Source: Patescibacteria group bacterium (lineage in GTDB: Bacteria > Patescibacteriota > Microgenomatia > UBA1400 > CG1-02-47-37). Taken from it: 36,971 nt of DNA. Where the stretch lies: positions 1-36,971 of the forward strand of contig JAYEMX010000044.1 of assembly GCA_034718535.1 (NCBI GenBank). The letters are read 5' to 3'. The notes beneath the pieces are model-generated. The model did not search any database, was not told the DNA's origin, and was given only the letters and a program-made list of their open reading frames with translations. Both the position numbers and the translations under genes were made by a program. This document shows positions 1 through 9,937 of the stretch, piece after piece (positions within the stretch are counted from its first letter, which is position 1; every line of letters starts with the position of its first letter).

Positions 1-976
1 GTCTCCGGACTTAACTGTTTGCCACCAATCTTTATTTTCTTGATACCAATTAATGGTTTTAATTAAGTAGGTATCTAAATCATATTCAGGTTTATAGCCT
101 AAGTCTTTAGAAGCCTTTGAATAATCGACGGCATATCTTCTGTCATGACCCAATCTATCTTTAACAAACTCTATGGCTGATTCACTTTTGTTCATTAATT
201 TAATGATTTTTTTGATTAGTTGTAAATTAGAAATATCTTCGGTCATGCCACCGATACAATAAGTTTCTCCAAATTTTCCTTTTTGAATACTTAAATCAAT
301 GGCTCGACAATGATCTTTTACATAAAGCCAGTCGCGGATATTTTTACCATCTCCGTAAACCGGAATTTTTTTATTTTCCAATAAGTTGGTAATAACCAAG
401 GGAATAAGTTTTTCCGGAAATTGAAAAGGGCCATAGTTATTTGAGCAATTGGTAATAATTGTGGGTAAATCATAAGTTTGATGATAGGCTCTAACCAGAT
501 GATCTGAGGCGGCTTTGGAAGCCGAGTAAGGACTATTGGGTTTAAATTGAGTATTTTCGTTAAATTTTTCCGATGAATCTAAGGCTAATGACCCAAAAAC
601 TTCATCGGTGGAAATATGATGAAACCTTTTTATTTTGTTGTTTAAGGCGGATTCTAAAAGAACTTGAGTGCCAATAACATTGGTGGTAACAAAAATCGAT
701 GGGCCGGTAATAGAACGGTCAACATGGCTTTCGGCGGCAAAATGAACAACCATGTCTACTTTTTTCATAACTTGGTTAACAGCTTTAAGATCAATAATGT
801 CACCTTTGACAAATGAATAGTTTGGATTTTTTTGAATTGATTTTAAATTGTGTAAATTGCCGGCATAAGTAAGTGAATCAAAATTAATAATCTGGTCTTG
901 GGGATGATTTTTAAGCCAATAGTGAATGAAGTTAGAACCAATAAAGCCGGCGCCACCGGTAACAAGCAATTTCATA
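1..976 (-). CDS. rfbB: dTDP-glucose 4,6-dehydratase (3' end runs off the window)
   Basis: Own minus-strand translation from the ATG at 976-974 gives MKLLVTGGAGFIGSNFIHYW (GxxGxxG), later YSASKAASDHLVRAY (SDR YxxxK) and DRLGHDRRYAVD. The frame stays open to position 1. It is missing from the ORF track because it is edge-truncated. Confidence 0.85.
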
Positions 977-998
977 AGTTATATTTTACACTATATGT

Positions 999-2225
999 TT
1001 AATTATTTAATTTAGAGAGGTTATTTTTACTATTTTCTTTATATTTACTATATTCTTTTACTAAGCTTATTCCGCTTGGGAAAACTAAAAATATAGTTAA
1101 AATACCAAGAAAACTGTAAATTATTTTTGTATTATAGATATCTTGAATTTTGCCACTAATACCAACAACAATGATAAAAAATAAACTAACTAACATATTT
1201 AAAGAGGACACTGCTGTGGCTCGATATTTGGATTTAAATTCTTGATTAGTATATTTATCAAGAATAGTAAATCTAGAAGTGGCTGCTATTCTAATTCCAA
1301 AAAGAAGAATTGGTGCCATAATTTTATTTGCAAAAACGGCAGGCAATAAAGATAAAGACATAATAATAGGAAAACCAATATAGATTCGATTACGAGTTAA
1401 AATATTTTTTGATTCAGTTAAAAATAAGACCACTAAAGAACTTAATAGAAAAATACTACCAAAAAGCCAACTTAACTCAATTGTGTTGAACCCAATGTCG
1501 GTAGCAAATGGTTGGTCAAAATAATAAATACATGACCAAGTAATACCGCCAACAAAAGTGTAAAAAATTGTTAATTTTTTCATGTAACTGGTTTTAAAAA
1601 GCTCTTTAAAGCCATCCTTGGTTTGTTGAATATAAGAAGTTAGGCTAAATTTTTCCGAGTCAATTGATGGCTCTATTAAAAAGAAGTCAAAAATTAAACT
1701 AATTATTCCGGTGATTCCCATTAAAACATATGGTAAATATTTAGCACTATTATAAAAATAACCTCCTAAAAAAGTAGCTATTGTTAAGCCCATTCGAAAA
1801 ATCAAACTAGCTCTGGCTTTAAATTTAATAAAATCATCTTCTCTATTTAGTTCTTTAAAGGTATCAAAGATTAAAGCTATATCTGCTCCAGAAACTAAAG
1901 CATCGGCAATACCAAAGCCAATATCGGCAATTAAAAACATAAAAAAATTTGAAGAAAAAGCCATATAAAAACAACTTATACTTCTAAGAAGCCAACCAAT
2001 AATCATAGTTTTTTTTCGACCAATCAAATCAGCTAAAGCACCGGTTGGAAGTTCTAAAATAATAGTTATGGCTGTTAAAATTGATTGTAATATTGCCATT
2101 TGAGAAAAAGATAAAAATCTTCTTTCAAAAGCTACCCATATCGGAACAACAAATATTAAGGATTTAAAAAAACTAGAAAAATAAAGCAACTTAATATTGG
2201 TTTTTAATCTTTGTTTATAGTTCAT
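999..2225 (-). CDS. MFS-type membrane transporter
   Basis: 408 aa that is hydrophobic throughout, with about 12 predicted TM stretches. It has an MFS-like loop, GALADLIGRKK, after TM2. Confidence 0.6.
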   Translation of the reverse strand: MNYKQRLKTNIKLLYFSSFFKSLIFVVPIWVAFERRFLSFSQMAILQSILTAITIILELPTGALADLIGRKKTMIIGWLLRSISCFYMAFSSNFFMFLIADIGFGIADALVSGADIALIFDTFKELNREDDFIKFKARASLIFRMGLTIATFLGGYFYNSAKYLPYVLMGITGIISLIFDFFLIEPSIDSEKFSLTSYIQQTKDGFKELFKTSYMKKLTIFYTFVGGITWSCIYYFDQPFATDIGFNTIELSWLFGSIFLLSSLVVLFLTESKNILTRNRIYIGFPIIMSLSLLPAVFANKIMAPILLFGIRIAATSRFTILDKYTNQEFKSKYRATAVSSLNMLVSLFFIIVVGISGKIQDIYNTKIIYSFLGILTIFLVFPSGISLVKEYSKYKENSKNNLSKLNN

Positions 2226-2231
2226 CTAATA

Positions 2232-3092
2232 TTACCAACTTCCGGAGGCACCGCCACCGCCGGATGAACCGCCGGAAAAACCGCCAAAACCACCTGATGA
2301 TCTTCCTGAGGAAAATCCACCCATAGATGAAAACCAAGATGTGGGTAAACCATGTTTTTTTCTTTTTTTATAATTTTTAGAAAGTAAAAAATCTAAAATT
2401 AAGCCTAAAATTCCCAGAGTAATAGCACCGGTAATAGAAACAAAAATAAAGCCAAGAATAGCTCCAATAACTCCACCCGGCCACCAACGTTTAGATCTAG
2501 CTAAAAAAGCACTTAAGTAAATTAAAATTATACCGAGAAAAATTAAGGCATCAAGTTGGCTGGAATTAAAATTTGTAGTTGAATTAATATTATCAAAAAT
2601 AGTCGGATCTTTTGAAATAACTTGAATAATGGCATCAACACCCTTAGAAATACCGGCATCATAATTATTATTTTTAAATTCTGGAGTAATAACCGAGCGA
2701 ATGATTGTACCGGCTCGGCTATCGGTTAAAACCGGTTCTAAACCATAACCGACTTCTATTTTTAGTTTTCTTTCATTGGAGGCAATTAAAAGTAAGATAC
2801 CATTGTCATTTCCTTTAGTGCCAATACCCCATTGTTCAAAAACCTCTACGGCTGTGTTTTCAATTACATTTCCTTCCAATGAAGAAAGGGTAACTATAGA
2901 GATTTCATTTGAGGTTGAGTCTTTAAATGATTTAAGTTTTAAGTTTAATTCTTTTTCCGTGTTTTCTGAAATTATGTTGGCAAAATCACTGACATAATTA
3001 ATAGGCTTGGGAAATTGACGAGCATAAACCATTCGCATACCCATGGTTAAACTAACCACAGTTAAAATAACGGCAGTAAATATTTTTTTCAT
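2232..3092 (-). CDS. TPM-domain (YgcG-like) membrane protein with Gly-rich C-terminal tail
   Basis: Signal peptide, then YVSDFANIIS...ISIVTL...GILLLIA..RKLKIEVGYGLE, which is typical of the TPM/YgcG fold. This is followed by TM segments and a GGFSGGSSGGGG tail. It is paired with LemA, as is usual. Confidence 0.65.
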   Translation of the reverse strand: MKKIFTAVILTVVSLTMGMRMVYARQFPKPINYVSDFANIISENTEKELNLKLKSFKDSTSNEISIVTLSSLEGNVIENTAVEVFEQWGIGTKGNDNGILLLIASNERKLKIEVGYGLEPVLTDSRAGTIIRSVITPEFKNNNYDAGISKGVDAIIQVISKDPTIFDNINSTTNFNSSQLDALIFLGIILIYLSAFLARSKRWWPGGVIGAILGFIFVSITGAITLGILGLILDFLLSKNYKKRKKHGLPTSWFSSMGGFSSGRSSGGFGGFSGGSSGGGGASGSW

Positions 3093-3101
3093 GACCCTCC
3101 T

Positions 3102-3680
3102 TTAAGGGGTTGATAAATCAACTGTCGGTGCTTGTTCGGCAGCTTCAATGGCTTCAAAAAATGCTTTAGCATCAAAGCTAAACAGATTGGCAATTAAGTT
3201 GGTGGGAAAGCGTTTAATGGTAGTGTTATAGTCACGGACTAAATCATTAAAACGTTTTCTTTCAACACTAACTCTGTTTTCTGTGCCGGCTAATTCATCC
3301 ATGAGAGCTAAAACAGTTGTATTTGATTGAAGTTGAGGATAGTTTTCTATAATAACCAGCAATCTTGAAAGAGCTGATTCAACTTGACCAGCTGCTTGAG
3401 CTTTATCATTAATGCTGGTAGCACCCGAATATTTGGTTCTGGCATCGGCAATTGCTCCAAAAACATCTTGTTCTTGTTCAAAAATTCCTTTAACAGAATT
3501 AACTAAGTTGGGAATAAGATCAAATCTGCGTTGATATTGAGTTTCGACTTGAGCCCATTGACCATCAACATTTTGAGTTTTGGTAATTAGTTTGTTGTAA
3601 GTAGAAATAAGGGAAAGTCCAAATATAGCTACAATAGCTAATATTATTAATAAAGATTTTTTCATTTTTGTTTTCACCAC
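3102..3680 (-). CDS. lemA: LemA family protein
   Basis: N-terminal TM, then YNKLI...VDGQWAQVETQYQRRFDLIPNLV...ENYPQL...L..EL.GTENRV...R..FN, the LemA signature arrangement. Confidence 0.75.
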   Translation of the reverse strand: MVKTKMKKSLLIILAIVAIFGLSLISTYNKLITKTQNVDGQWAQVETQYQRRFDLIPNLVNSVKGIFEQEQDVFGAIADARTKYSGATSINDKAQAAGQVESALSRLLVIIENYPQLQSNTTVLALMDELAGTENRVSVERKRFNDLVRDYNTTIKRFPTNLIANLFSFDAKAFFEAIEAAEQAPTVDLSTP

Positions 3681-3684
3681 CTTT

Positions 3685-4584
3685 TCACGAGAGTCTAATT
3701 TGTACTACTTTTATTGTTTTAAGTATATCTATACCAAGATAAAAAAGCCATTTGATGGGGAAAAAGTATTTTTTCGAGTAGTGTTTTTTATATAGAATTT
3801 TGTTGTTTTTAAAAAAGGCTTTGGTTGTTTTGACGCGCTGAAGTTTGGCTTTTGAGGTGAGTTTGTTTTTTACTTTTTTATTTAATCCAGAAGCTCCTTT
3901 TAAATGAGTAATTTTTGTGATCGGAGTATAAACAACTTTCCAGCCGGCTTTTTTAAGTCTAATAGCTAAATCAATATCTTCACCATACATAAAAAAGGTT
4001 TCATCAAGTAAACCGACCTGATTTAGAGCTTTTTTTCTTAACATAAAAAAAGCTCCAACAGGCGTATCTATTTCATGAGTGGTTTTTAAATTTTTCCAAC
4101 CTTGGTGATATTGTCCAAAAAGCTTAGATTTGGGAAATAGTTTTTCTAGCCCAAGATAATAGGTCAGACTAGCCCAAGGAGTGGGAAAACCTCGATGAGA
4201 GGCAGGGTCTATTTTTCCATTAACAAGATTAACCCTACAGGTAGATAAGCCAATCTTGGAATTTTTATCCATAAAATCAATCATTTTGATTAAAGTGTCT
4301 TTGGATATAATCGTATCGGAGTTTAGAAGAAGTTGATAACGACCCTTGGCTTTTCTTAAGCCGGGATTGTTGCCACCGGCAAAACCAAGATTTTTAGCAA
4401 GTTCAATTACTTTTACTTTGGGGAAATTTTTTCTAACGGTTTCGGGAGTGTCATCATTAGAGGCATTATCAATTAAAAAAACCTCAAATTTTCCAGTTGG
4501 TTTAGTGGCTTTAAAAACCGAGTTAATAGTTTGAAGAGTTAAATCTTTAGTTTTGTAGTTAACAATGATGATAGATAGATCCAT
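3685..4584 (-). CDS. family 2 glycosyltransferase
   Basis: MDLSIIIVNYKTK...IDNASNDDT...GFAGGNN...LLNSDT...MYGEDIDL, a GT-A/GT2 rhamnosyltransferase-like pattern. Confidence 0.8.
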   Translation of the reverse strand: MDLSIIIVNYKTKDLTLQTINSVFKATKPTGKFEVFLIDNASNDDTPETVRKNFPKVKVIELAKNLGFAGGNNPGLRKAKGRYQLLLNSDTIISKDTLIKMIDFMDKNSKIGLSTCRVNLVNGKIDPASHRGFPTPWASLTYYLGLEKLFPKSKLFGQYHQGWKNLKTTHEIDTPVGAFFMLRKKALNQVGLLDETFFMYGEDIDLAIRLKKAGWKVVYTPITKITHLKGASGLNKKVKNKLTSKAKLQRVKTTKAFFKNNKILYKKHYSKKYFFPIKWLFYLGIDILKTIKVVQIRLS

Positions 4585-4604
4585 TTAATAGCTCCTATTT
4601 TAAA

Positions 4605-5492
4605 TCAAGCCAAGTTTAAGGCTTTTTGATAGATTTCTTTTTTAGTTTTATTTTTAAAGATAAAACCAAAGATAATTATTCTTAAAAAAGCCCCGATTTT
4701 TAAAAGTCCCCTTAAAATAAAATATTTACAGGAAGAATAGTGTTTTTTATAAAGATATTTTAAACCTTTGAATTCACCTAAAATAGCTCCTTTACTTGAA
4801 CCGGATGCTTGACCTAAATGAATTAATTTAGGTTTAGAAAAATAATCCAGTTTGATATTATTTTGGCTAGCTCGAAGACAAAAGTCAACATCTTCGCCAT
4901 ACATGAAAATTTTATGATCTAAACCATCTAGTTTTTTATAAACCTCTTGCTTAATTATTAAAGCAGTGCCTCCCAACCAACCGGGATGCTGGTCTTTTTT
5001 GAAAAAAGTAATATTTCTTTGTTGATAAGGTTTAAAAAACCAATTAATAATTGGTAAATCATCAATAAATAACATCCAGGCGGTTAATCGATAAAGATTG
5101 GGAAGAAAACCTCCTTGAGGCTGAATAGAGCCATCTGAATTTAAAAGCTGGCAAGAAGCAATATCAGAATTGTTGGCCAAAACTAAATCATAAAGCTGTC
5201 GAATGGTGTTTTTTTTAAGTAAAGTGTCTGAATTTAAAAGCCAGATATACTTACCTTTGCTTTTTTTGAAACCAAAGTTATTGCCTTTGGCAAAACCCAA
5301 GTTTCCTCCAGAAGAATAAACTTTTACCCATGGATGTTTTTTCTTTAAATAATTGATTGAACCATCTTCAGAGCCATTATCAACCAAAATAACTTCTTTT
5401 TTTAATTTATCGGTTGAGTTTTTAATTGTTTTTAAACAATCAGAAGTAATTTTTTTAGTTTTATAGTTAATAATAATAATTGATAAATCCAT
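4605..5492 (-). CDS. family 2 glycosyltransferase (tandem paralog of 3685-4584)
   Basis: MDLSIIIINYKTK...VDNGSEDGS...GFAKGNN...LLNSDT...MYGEDVDF. The N-terminus is nearly identical to that of its neighbour. Confidence 0.8.
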   Translation of the reverse strand: MDLSIIIINYKTKKITSDCLKTIKNSTDKLKKEVILVDNGSEDGSINYLKKKHPWVKVYSSGGNLGFAKGNNFGFKKSKGKYIWLLNSDTLLKKNTIRQLYDLVLANNSDIASCQLLNSDGSIQPQGGFLPNLYRLTAWMLFIDDLPIINWFFKPYQQRNITFFKKDQHPGWLGGTALIIKQEVYKKLDGLDHKIFMYGEDVDFCLRASQNNIKLDYFSKPKLIHLGQASGSSKGAILGEFKGLKYLYKKHYSSCKYFILRGLLKIGAFLRIIIFGFIFKNKTKKEIYQKALNLA

Positions 5493-5494
5493 AA

Positions 5495-6346
5495 TTATTT
5501 TTTTATTTGTATTTTTATTGCTTGTAAAAGAGATATTAAAAAGACTCCCTGACTACGAATATTAGTAAAAATTAGATGATATGGCAACCAAATAAAGTGT
5601 TGTAATAATTTAAATCCGCGAATATTTTTCCAAATAAATAAAAGTTGATTTCTGGCTGACATGATTTTAATTTTTCTTTTGCCAAATATCGTAATGTTAG
5701 TGGTTTCATGATTGTGAAATACTTGAGAACGGGGCTCAAACATAATTTTATAGCCATATTTTTCTCTGGCTATCCAAGAAAGGTCAATATCTTCCCAATA
5801 AGCGGGTTTATAAAGTAAATCAAATCCCCCTACTTGTAAAAACTTCTTTTTATCAAGCATCATTGAACCACCGGAAGCCCAACAGTTTTTAGTTGGTTGG
5901 TTTAGATTAGTTATTTTGACGGCTTGATGAATAAATAAACCACGTTTAAATTGGCATTTATTTTTGCCCGAGATTTCTCTTTTACCATTTACAGTTTGGA
6001 TTTCTAAACAATTGACGGCAAACATTTTCGGATCATTAAAGTGTTTAATTAAGGGTTTTAAAAAATTAAGCTTGGGAACTACATCAGAATTAAGTAAAAA
6101 AACCAAGTTATTTTTGGCGGCTTTAATACCAATATTACAAGTTTGGGCAAATCTCTGGTTAACTTTGTTACTAATAACTTTAACTTGGGAAAAGTGTTTT
6201 TTTAAATAAGCAGTAGTATCATCCGGAGAGCAATCGTCAACTACAATAATTTCACTATTTTTTGGACAAGCTTTTATAATTTTAGGCAAGTGTTTAATTA
6301 AAGGGTTTTTTTTGTAGTTGGGAATAACAAAAGAGACTGGTTTCAT
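5495..6346 (-). CDS. family 2 glycosyltransferase
   Basis: VSFVIPNYK...VVDDCSPDDT...LLNSDV...YWEDIDLS. It overlaps the upstream gene by 4 nt (ATGA). Confidence 0.75.
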   Translation of the reverse strand: MKPVSFVIPNYKKNPLIKHLPKIIKACPKNSEIIVVDDCSPDDTTAYLKKHFSQVKVISNKVNQRFAQTCNIGIKAAKNNLVFLLNSDVVPKLNFLKPLIKHFNDPKMFAVNCLEIQTVNGKREISGKNKCQFKRGLFIHQAVKITNLNQPTKNCWASGGSMMLDKKKFLQVGGFDLLYKPAYWEDIDLSWIAREKYGYKIMFEPRSQVFHNHETTNITIFGKRKIKIMSARNQLLFIWKNIRGFKLLQHFIWLPYHLIFTNIRSQGVFLISLLQAIKIQIKK

Positions 6347-7266
6347 ATTAATCTGCCTTTACCCAAGCGATTAAGGAAAAAGTCTTTGACTGCTTGTTTT
6401 TCTCCTTCTCTACCATTTATTATTTGTTTTAAAGCTTGACGAAGAAGAGCAAACTTTGTTCTTAGTGAAGCATAATTCATGCCAAATATTAACCGGTTTC
6501 TAGTGATGTAATAGTCATGGAGTTTAGATCCCGAACCGCTACTGGCCGAACTTTTGTGGTAAATAAAACTTTTAGGTTGGTAAAGAATTTTAAAACCATT
6601 TTTAAAAGCTCGATAAGAAAAGTCGGCATCTTCAAAATAAAGAAAATATTTTGGGTCAAGCAAACCAATTGTCTCAAAAACTTGTTTTTTGACTAAAAGA
6701 CAGCAGGCATTAGCAAAATCAATTGATCTAGATTGGTCGTGCTGACCTTTATCCACTTGATTAACACCAGTGTGAACAGCAAGAACATTGTCCCAATCAA
6801 AATAACCACCGGCATACCAAATAACTTTACCCAGCTCTGATTTTTTATATCTATCTTTATGGTATTCATAACCTTTAGCAAAATAAATTTTAGGAACCAC
6901 CAAATCAGCTCCATCTTTGGCTGATTTTAAAAGGTGTTTTAAAAAATATCTATCTACTTCAACATCATTATTAATAAGTAAAAACAAGTCGAATTTTTTC
7001 TTTAAACCTCTTTTTATGCCCAAGTTATTGCCTGCGGCAAAGCCGGTATTTTGATTAACGGTAATTAGTTGAATTGATCTTCTTTTTTTAAGGGCGGTTT
7101 TTAGGGTTCCGTCTGGTACCGGACTGTTATCAATTACCGTAATATGGTTAGTATAGCCAGAGGGAACCAAAGACTGCTTTAGAGAGTCAAGGGTTTCCAG
7201 TGTCATCTTGGGGTTTTGATACTCCAAGATAATAGTACAGACTTTTTTGATTTTCTTTTTAACCAT
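6343..7266 (-). CDS. family 2 glycosyltransferase
   Basis: VIDNSP...GFAAGNNLG...LINNDV...YFEDADFSYR, a GT2 pattern. Confidence 0.8.
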   Translation of the reverse strand: MVKKKIKKVCTIILEYQNPKMTLETLDSLKQSLVPSGYTNHITVIDNSPVPDGTLKTALKKRRSIQLITVNQNTGFAAGNNLGIKRGLKKKFDLFLLINNDVEVDRYFLKHLLKSAKDGADLVVPKIYFAKGYEYHKDRYKKSELGKVIWYAGGYFDWDNVLAVHTGVNQVDKGQHDQSRSIDFANACCLLVKKQVFETIGLLDPKYFLYFEDADFSYRAFKNGFKILYQPKSFIYHKSSASSGSGSKLHDYYITRNRLIFGMNYASLRTKFALLRQALKQIINGREGEKQAVKDFFLNRLGKGRLI

Positions 7267-7310
7267 AAAAGGATGTGAGTATTATATCAAAAACTGAGTA
7301 GTAGTTAGGA

Positions 7311-8492
7311 TTAATGGTTAATTTTCTTTTCTTGATAGTATTTCTTGTTTTTTAATTTCTCTGGTAATAAGTTTTTGTTTTTATCCGGATATATTTCATA
7401 ACCTTTGCCATAGTTTAGGTTTTTCATGAGTTTTGTCGGAGCATTACGGAGATGTAGAGGGATTGGCAGGTTACCATGTTTTTTAATATCTGCTTGGGCA
7501 GCACGAAGAGCATTATAACTAGAGCGGTCTTTTTTAGCTTTGGAAAGATAGACCACACCATGGGCCAAATTAATGGCACATTCAGGTAAGCCAATAACTT
7601 GACAGGCTTTGAAAACCTCGTTGGCAACCACTAAAGCCGTAGGTTGAGCCATGCCAATATCTTCTGAAGAAAAAATAACCATTCTGCGGGCAATAAATAG
7701 AGGATCTTCGCCTGATTCAAGCATGCGTGACATGTAGTATAAGGCGGCATCCGGGTTGCTCGCCCTCATAGATTTAATAAATGCACTGATAGTGTTGTAA
7801 TGTTGATCTCCGGTTTTATCATAACGAAGAAACTTGCTTTGAAGAGCTAGCTTTAAATTTTTAAGAGTGATGGTTTTGTATAAATTGGCGGTGATTTCTA
7901 AAAGATTTAAGGCTTGACGAGCGTCACCATCACTAAACTTAATTAAAAAGTTTTTAGCAGATAAAGAAATTGAATTAATCTTCAAAAAAGACTGGCCTTT
8001 TTCGATTATTTTAATGAGTTCTTTGTTATTGTAAGGTTCGAGAATAAAAACCTGACAACGGGAAAGCAAGGGGCTAATAACCGAAAAGCTGGGGTTTTCA
8101 GTAGTGGCGCCGATTAAAATAATGGTGCCATTTTCAACATAAGGGAGCAAAAAATCTTGTTGAGCTTTATTAAAACGGTGAATTTCGTCTAGGAAAAGAA
8201 TGGTTTTTTGTTTTAAAAGAGGAGCTTGGGCTTTTTTAATAATAGCTTTAACATCGGCTTTGCCAGAAGATACGGCCGAAAGATGGAAAAATTGAGATTT
8301 GGTTTCAGAGGCTATAATTTTGCTTAAAGTGGTTTTGCCGGAACCCGGAGGACCCCAAAATATCATGGAGTGAATTTGGTCTTTTTTTATTGCCAATTTA
8401 ATTGGCTTGTTTGAGCCAGTTAAATGAGATTGACCAATAAATTCTTTTAGAGATTTTGGTCGAATTAAATCCGGTAACGGAGGTTTAGCCAT
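7311..8492 (-). CDS. rarA: replication-associated recombination protein A (AAA+ ATPase)
   Basis: LIRPKSLKEFIGQ.HL...FWGPPGSGKTT (Walker A), LFLDEIHRFNK (Walker B / sensor), and the MgsA C-terminal block DQHYN.ISAFIKS.R.S.PDAALYY..RML..GEDP.FIARR. Confidence 0.9.
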   Translation of the reverse strand: MAKPPLPDLIRPKSLKEFIGQSHLTGSNKPIKLAIKKDQIHSMIFWGPPGSGKTTLSKIIASETKSQFFHLSAVSSGKADVKAIIKKAQAPLLKQKTILFLDEIHRFNKAQQDFLLPYVENGTIILIGATTENPSFSVISPLLSRCQVFILEPYNNKELIKIIEKGQSFLKINSISLSAKNFLIKFSDGDARQALNLLEITANLYKTITLKNLKLALQSKFLRYDKTGDQHYNTISAFIKSMRASNPDAALYYMSRMLESGEDPLFIARRMVIFSSEDIGMAQPTALVVANEVFKACQVIGLPECAINLAHGVVYLSKAKKDRSSYNALRAAQADIKKHGNLPIPLHLRNAPTKLMKNLNYGKGYEIYPDKNKNLLPEKLKNKKYYQEKKINH

Positions 8493-8498
8493 ACTACC

Positions 8499-8527
8499 AA
8501 ATTAAACCCAAAAATGAAGGTTGTCAA
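8499..8527 (-). promoter_or_regulatory. candidate sigma70-type promoter giving a leaderless rarA mRNA
   Basis: The minus strand reads TTGACA, a 17-nt spacer, TAATTT, then ggtagt and the ATG at 8492. There is no Shine-Dalgarno sequence. Confidence 0.4.
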
Positions 8528-8535
8528 GGTTATCC

Positions 8536-8689
8536 AATAAGGTCCGGCCTAACTTTTTCGGGTTTGAGTACAAACTCGAGTCCTTTAAGTTTCAATAAGG
8601 AGACTCCTTCCAGCTTTGCTGTCCCGACTCGGCATTCTGCCGGGTCTCCTGTTAAGGAGTCACCTTTAACTTCAAGAACGGACCTTATT
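8536..8689. ncRNA. candidate structured RNA of unknown family
   Basis: GC-enriched intergenic block. AATAAGGTCCG (8536-8546) pairs perfectly over 11 bp with CGGACCTTATT (8679-8689). A nested 12-of-13-bp helix pairs AAGGAGACTCCTT with AAGGAGTCACCTT, and there are further hairpins inside. No ORF is present. Confidence 0.4.
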
Positions 8690-8715
8690 ATCTAGAGGGT
8701 TCAACCTTACGGAGC

Positions 8716-9722
8716 TTATCCAGTTATTTTTTCCCAAGGGAATTCGGGGCGGCCAAAATGACCATAGGTGGCTGTTTTTTGATAAATGGGTTGCCTGAGA
8801 TTTAAAGTTTTTAAAATATTAGGAACAGACATATTTAAAAGTTTTTTGGCAAAATCTTTAATAATTGAGGGTTTTTTCTTTTGAGTATTAAAAGTATTAA
8901 TGGCATAGGCTACTGGTTTTGGCTTACCAATAACATAGGCAACTTGAACCTCGCAGCGATCAGCTAAATTATTAGCTACAATATTTTTAGCTACATATCT
9001 GGCACCATAAGCCCCGCTACGATCAACCTTGGTAGGACATTTGCCCGAAAAACAACCACCACCGACCCTGGCCATACCGCCATAAGAGTCAACTACAATT
9101 TTTCTAAAACAGGTAAAACCGCATGTTGATATAGATCTTGCTTGACTTGAAAAGGTTTAATTTTAGAGTTATGGGGTTTGGCCAAAATAATTTTTTTAAT
9201 TTTATCGGGTTGATAATTTTTGTAGTCAACAACAACTTGGCTTTTACCGTCAGGTCTAAGATAAGGTAAAACCTTTTCTTGAAGTTGGTCCATTTTTTTA
9301 GTTAAGCTATGGGCCAGCATAATCGGTAATGGCATTAATTGTTTAGTTTCATTACAAGCATAGCCAAACATCATGCCTTGATCTCCGGCACCACCAGAAT
9401 TAACCCCTTGGGCAATATCCGAAGACTGTTGGTGAACTAGAACTTGAATATCAAGAGTATGATAGTCAAATTGATAGATTGAAGAATTATACTGAAGTTT
9501 TTTTAGTAATTTTTTAGTAATTTTTTGATAATCAATTTGAGCCTTTGTTTTGATTTCTCCGGCTATAATAACTTTATTGCTGGTAACCAAACACTCTATT
9601 CCGGCATGAGAATAAGGATCTTGTTTTAAGGCTGAATCTAAAACAGCATCGGATATTTGATCACAGATTTTATCTGGGTGACCGGCACAAACTGATTCAG
9701 ATGAAAAGGTGGAATAAAACAT
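8716..9722 (-). pseudogene. metK: S-adenosylmethionine synthetase, disrupted (about 30-codon internal deletion plus frameshift)
   Basis: The N-terminal piece (likely ATG at 9722) reads MFYSTFSSESVCAGHPDKICDQISDAVLD...GAGDQGMMFGYA...RPDGKSQV. It stops at ..[10 protein letters not shown]. The C-terminal piece, in another frame, reads [44 protein letters not shown]...YGHFGR. The canonical block ..INPTGRFVIGGPxGDxGLTG.. is missing at the junction (9076-9116). Confidence 0.8.
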
Positions 9723-9765
9723 AATGTCTCCTAAAAAATATCCCTCCATAAAAAGAGGGGTTAAT

Positions 9766-9924
9766 AAAAAAAAGCACTCCAATGAGTGCAGTTATTTTGC
9801 TCGATAAATATCGAACCTAATCTATCCCTTTTGGGGTTGGATTGAGCACCGTGCCCCGATTAAATCGGGATCGGATTGCTGAACGGATCAAAGAGCCAAA
9901 TCTCTAGCCGTTTCTCTTGATTTA
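9766..9924 (-). promoter_or_regulatory. SAM-I (S-box) riboswitch with intrinsic-terminator expression platform
   Basis: The minus strand reads AUCAAGAGAAACGGCUAGAGAUUUGGCUCUUUGAUCCGUUCAGCAAUCCGAUCCCGAUUUAAUCGGGGCACGGUGCUCAAUCCAACCCCAAAAGGGAUAGAUU. It matches the S-box core elements (AUCAAGAG P1, a GA-rich P2 with UGA, GCAAyC, GGUGCUnAAUyCC, AGAU closing). A GCACUCAUUGGAGUGC hairpin plus U8 follows (9766-9789), directly upstream of metK. Confidence 0.8.
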
Positions 9925-9937
9925 TTAAATTGTCAAG

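Noticed and set aside
8536-8689. Calling this element SRP RNA (ffs) or 6S RNA.
   Set aside because: The closed-end architecture is suggestive. However, I could not place the conserved SRP helix-8 features (GNAR loop with 5' AGG and 3' AGCA sides) or a 6S central bubble on either strand. It is left as an unassigned candidate.
9853-9870. The hairpin CCCCGATTAAATCGGG resembles CCCCGATCAAATCGGGG at 33011-33027, raising the possibility of a dispersed repeat.
   Set aside because: The first is the P3 stem of the SAM-I aptamer. The similarity is confined to a short GC stem and an A-rich loop, so it is likely coincidental.
9931-9936. TTGACA hexamer (minus strand) just upstream of the SAM riboswitch as the metK promoter -35.
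   Set aside because: There is no acceptable -10 hexamer at 16-18 nt spacing. The riboswitch may be transcribed from further upstream.
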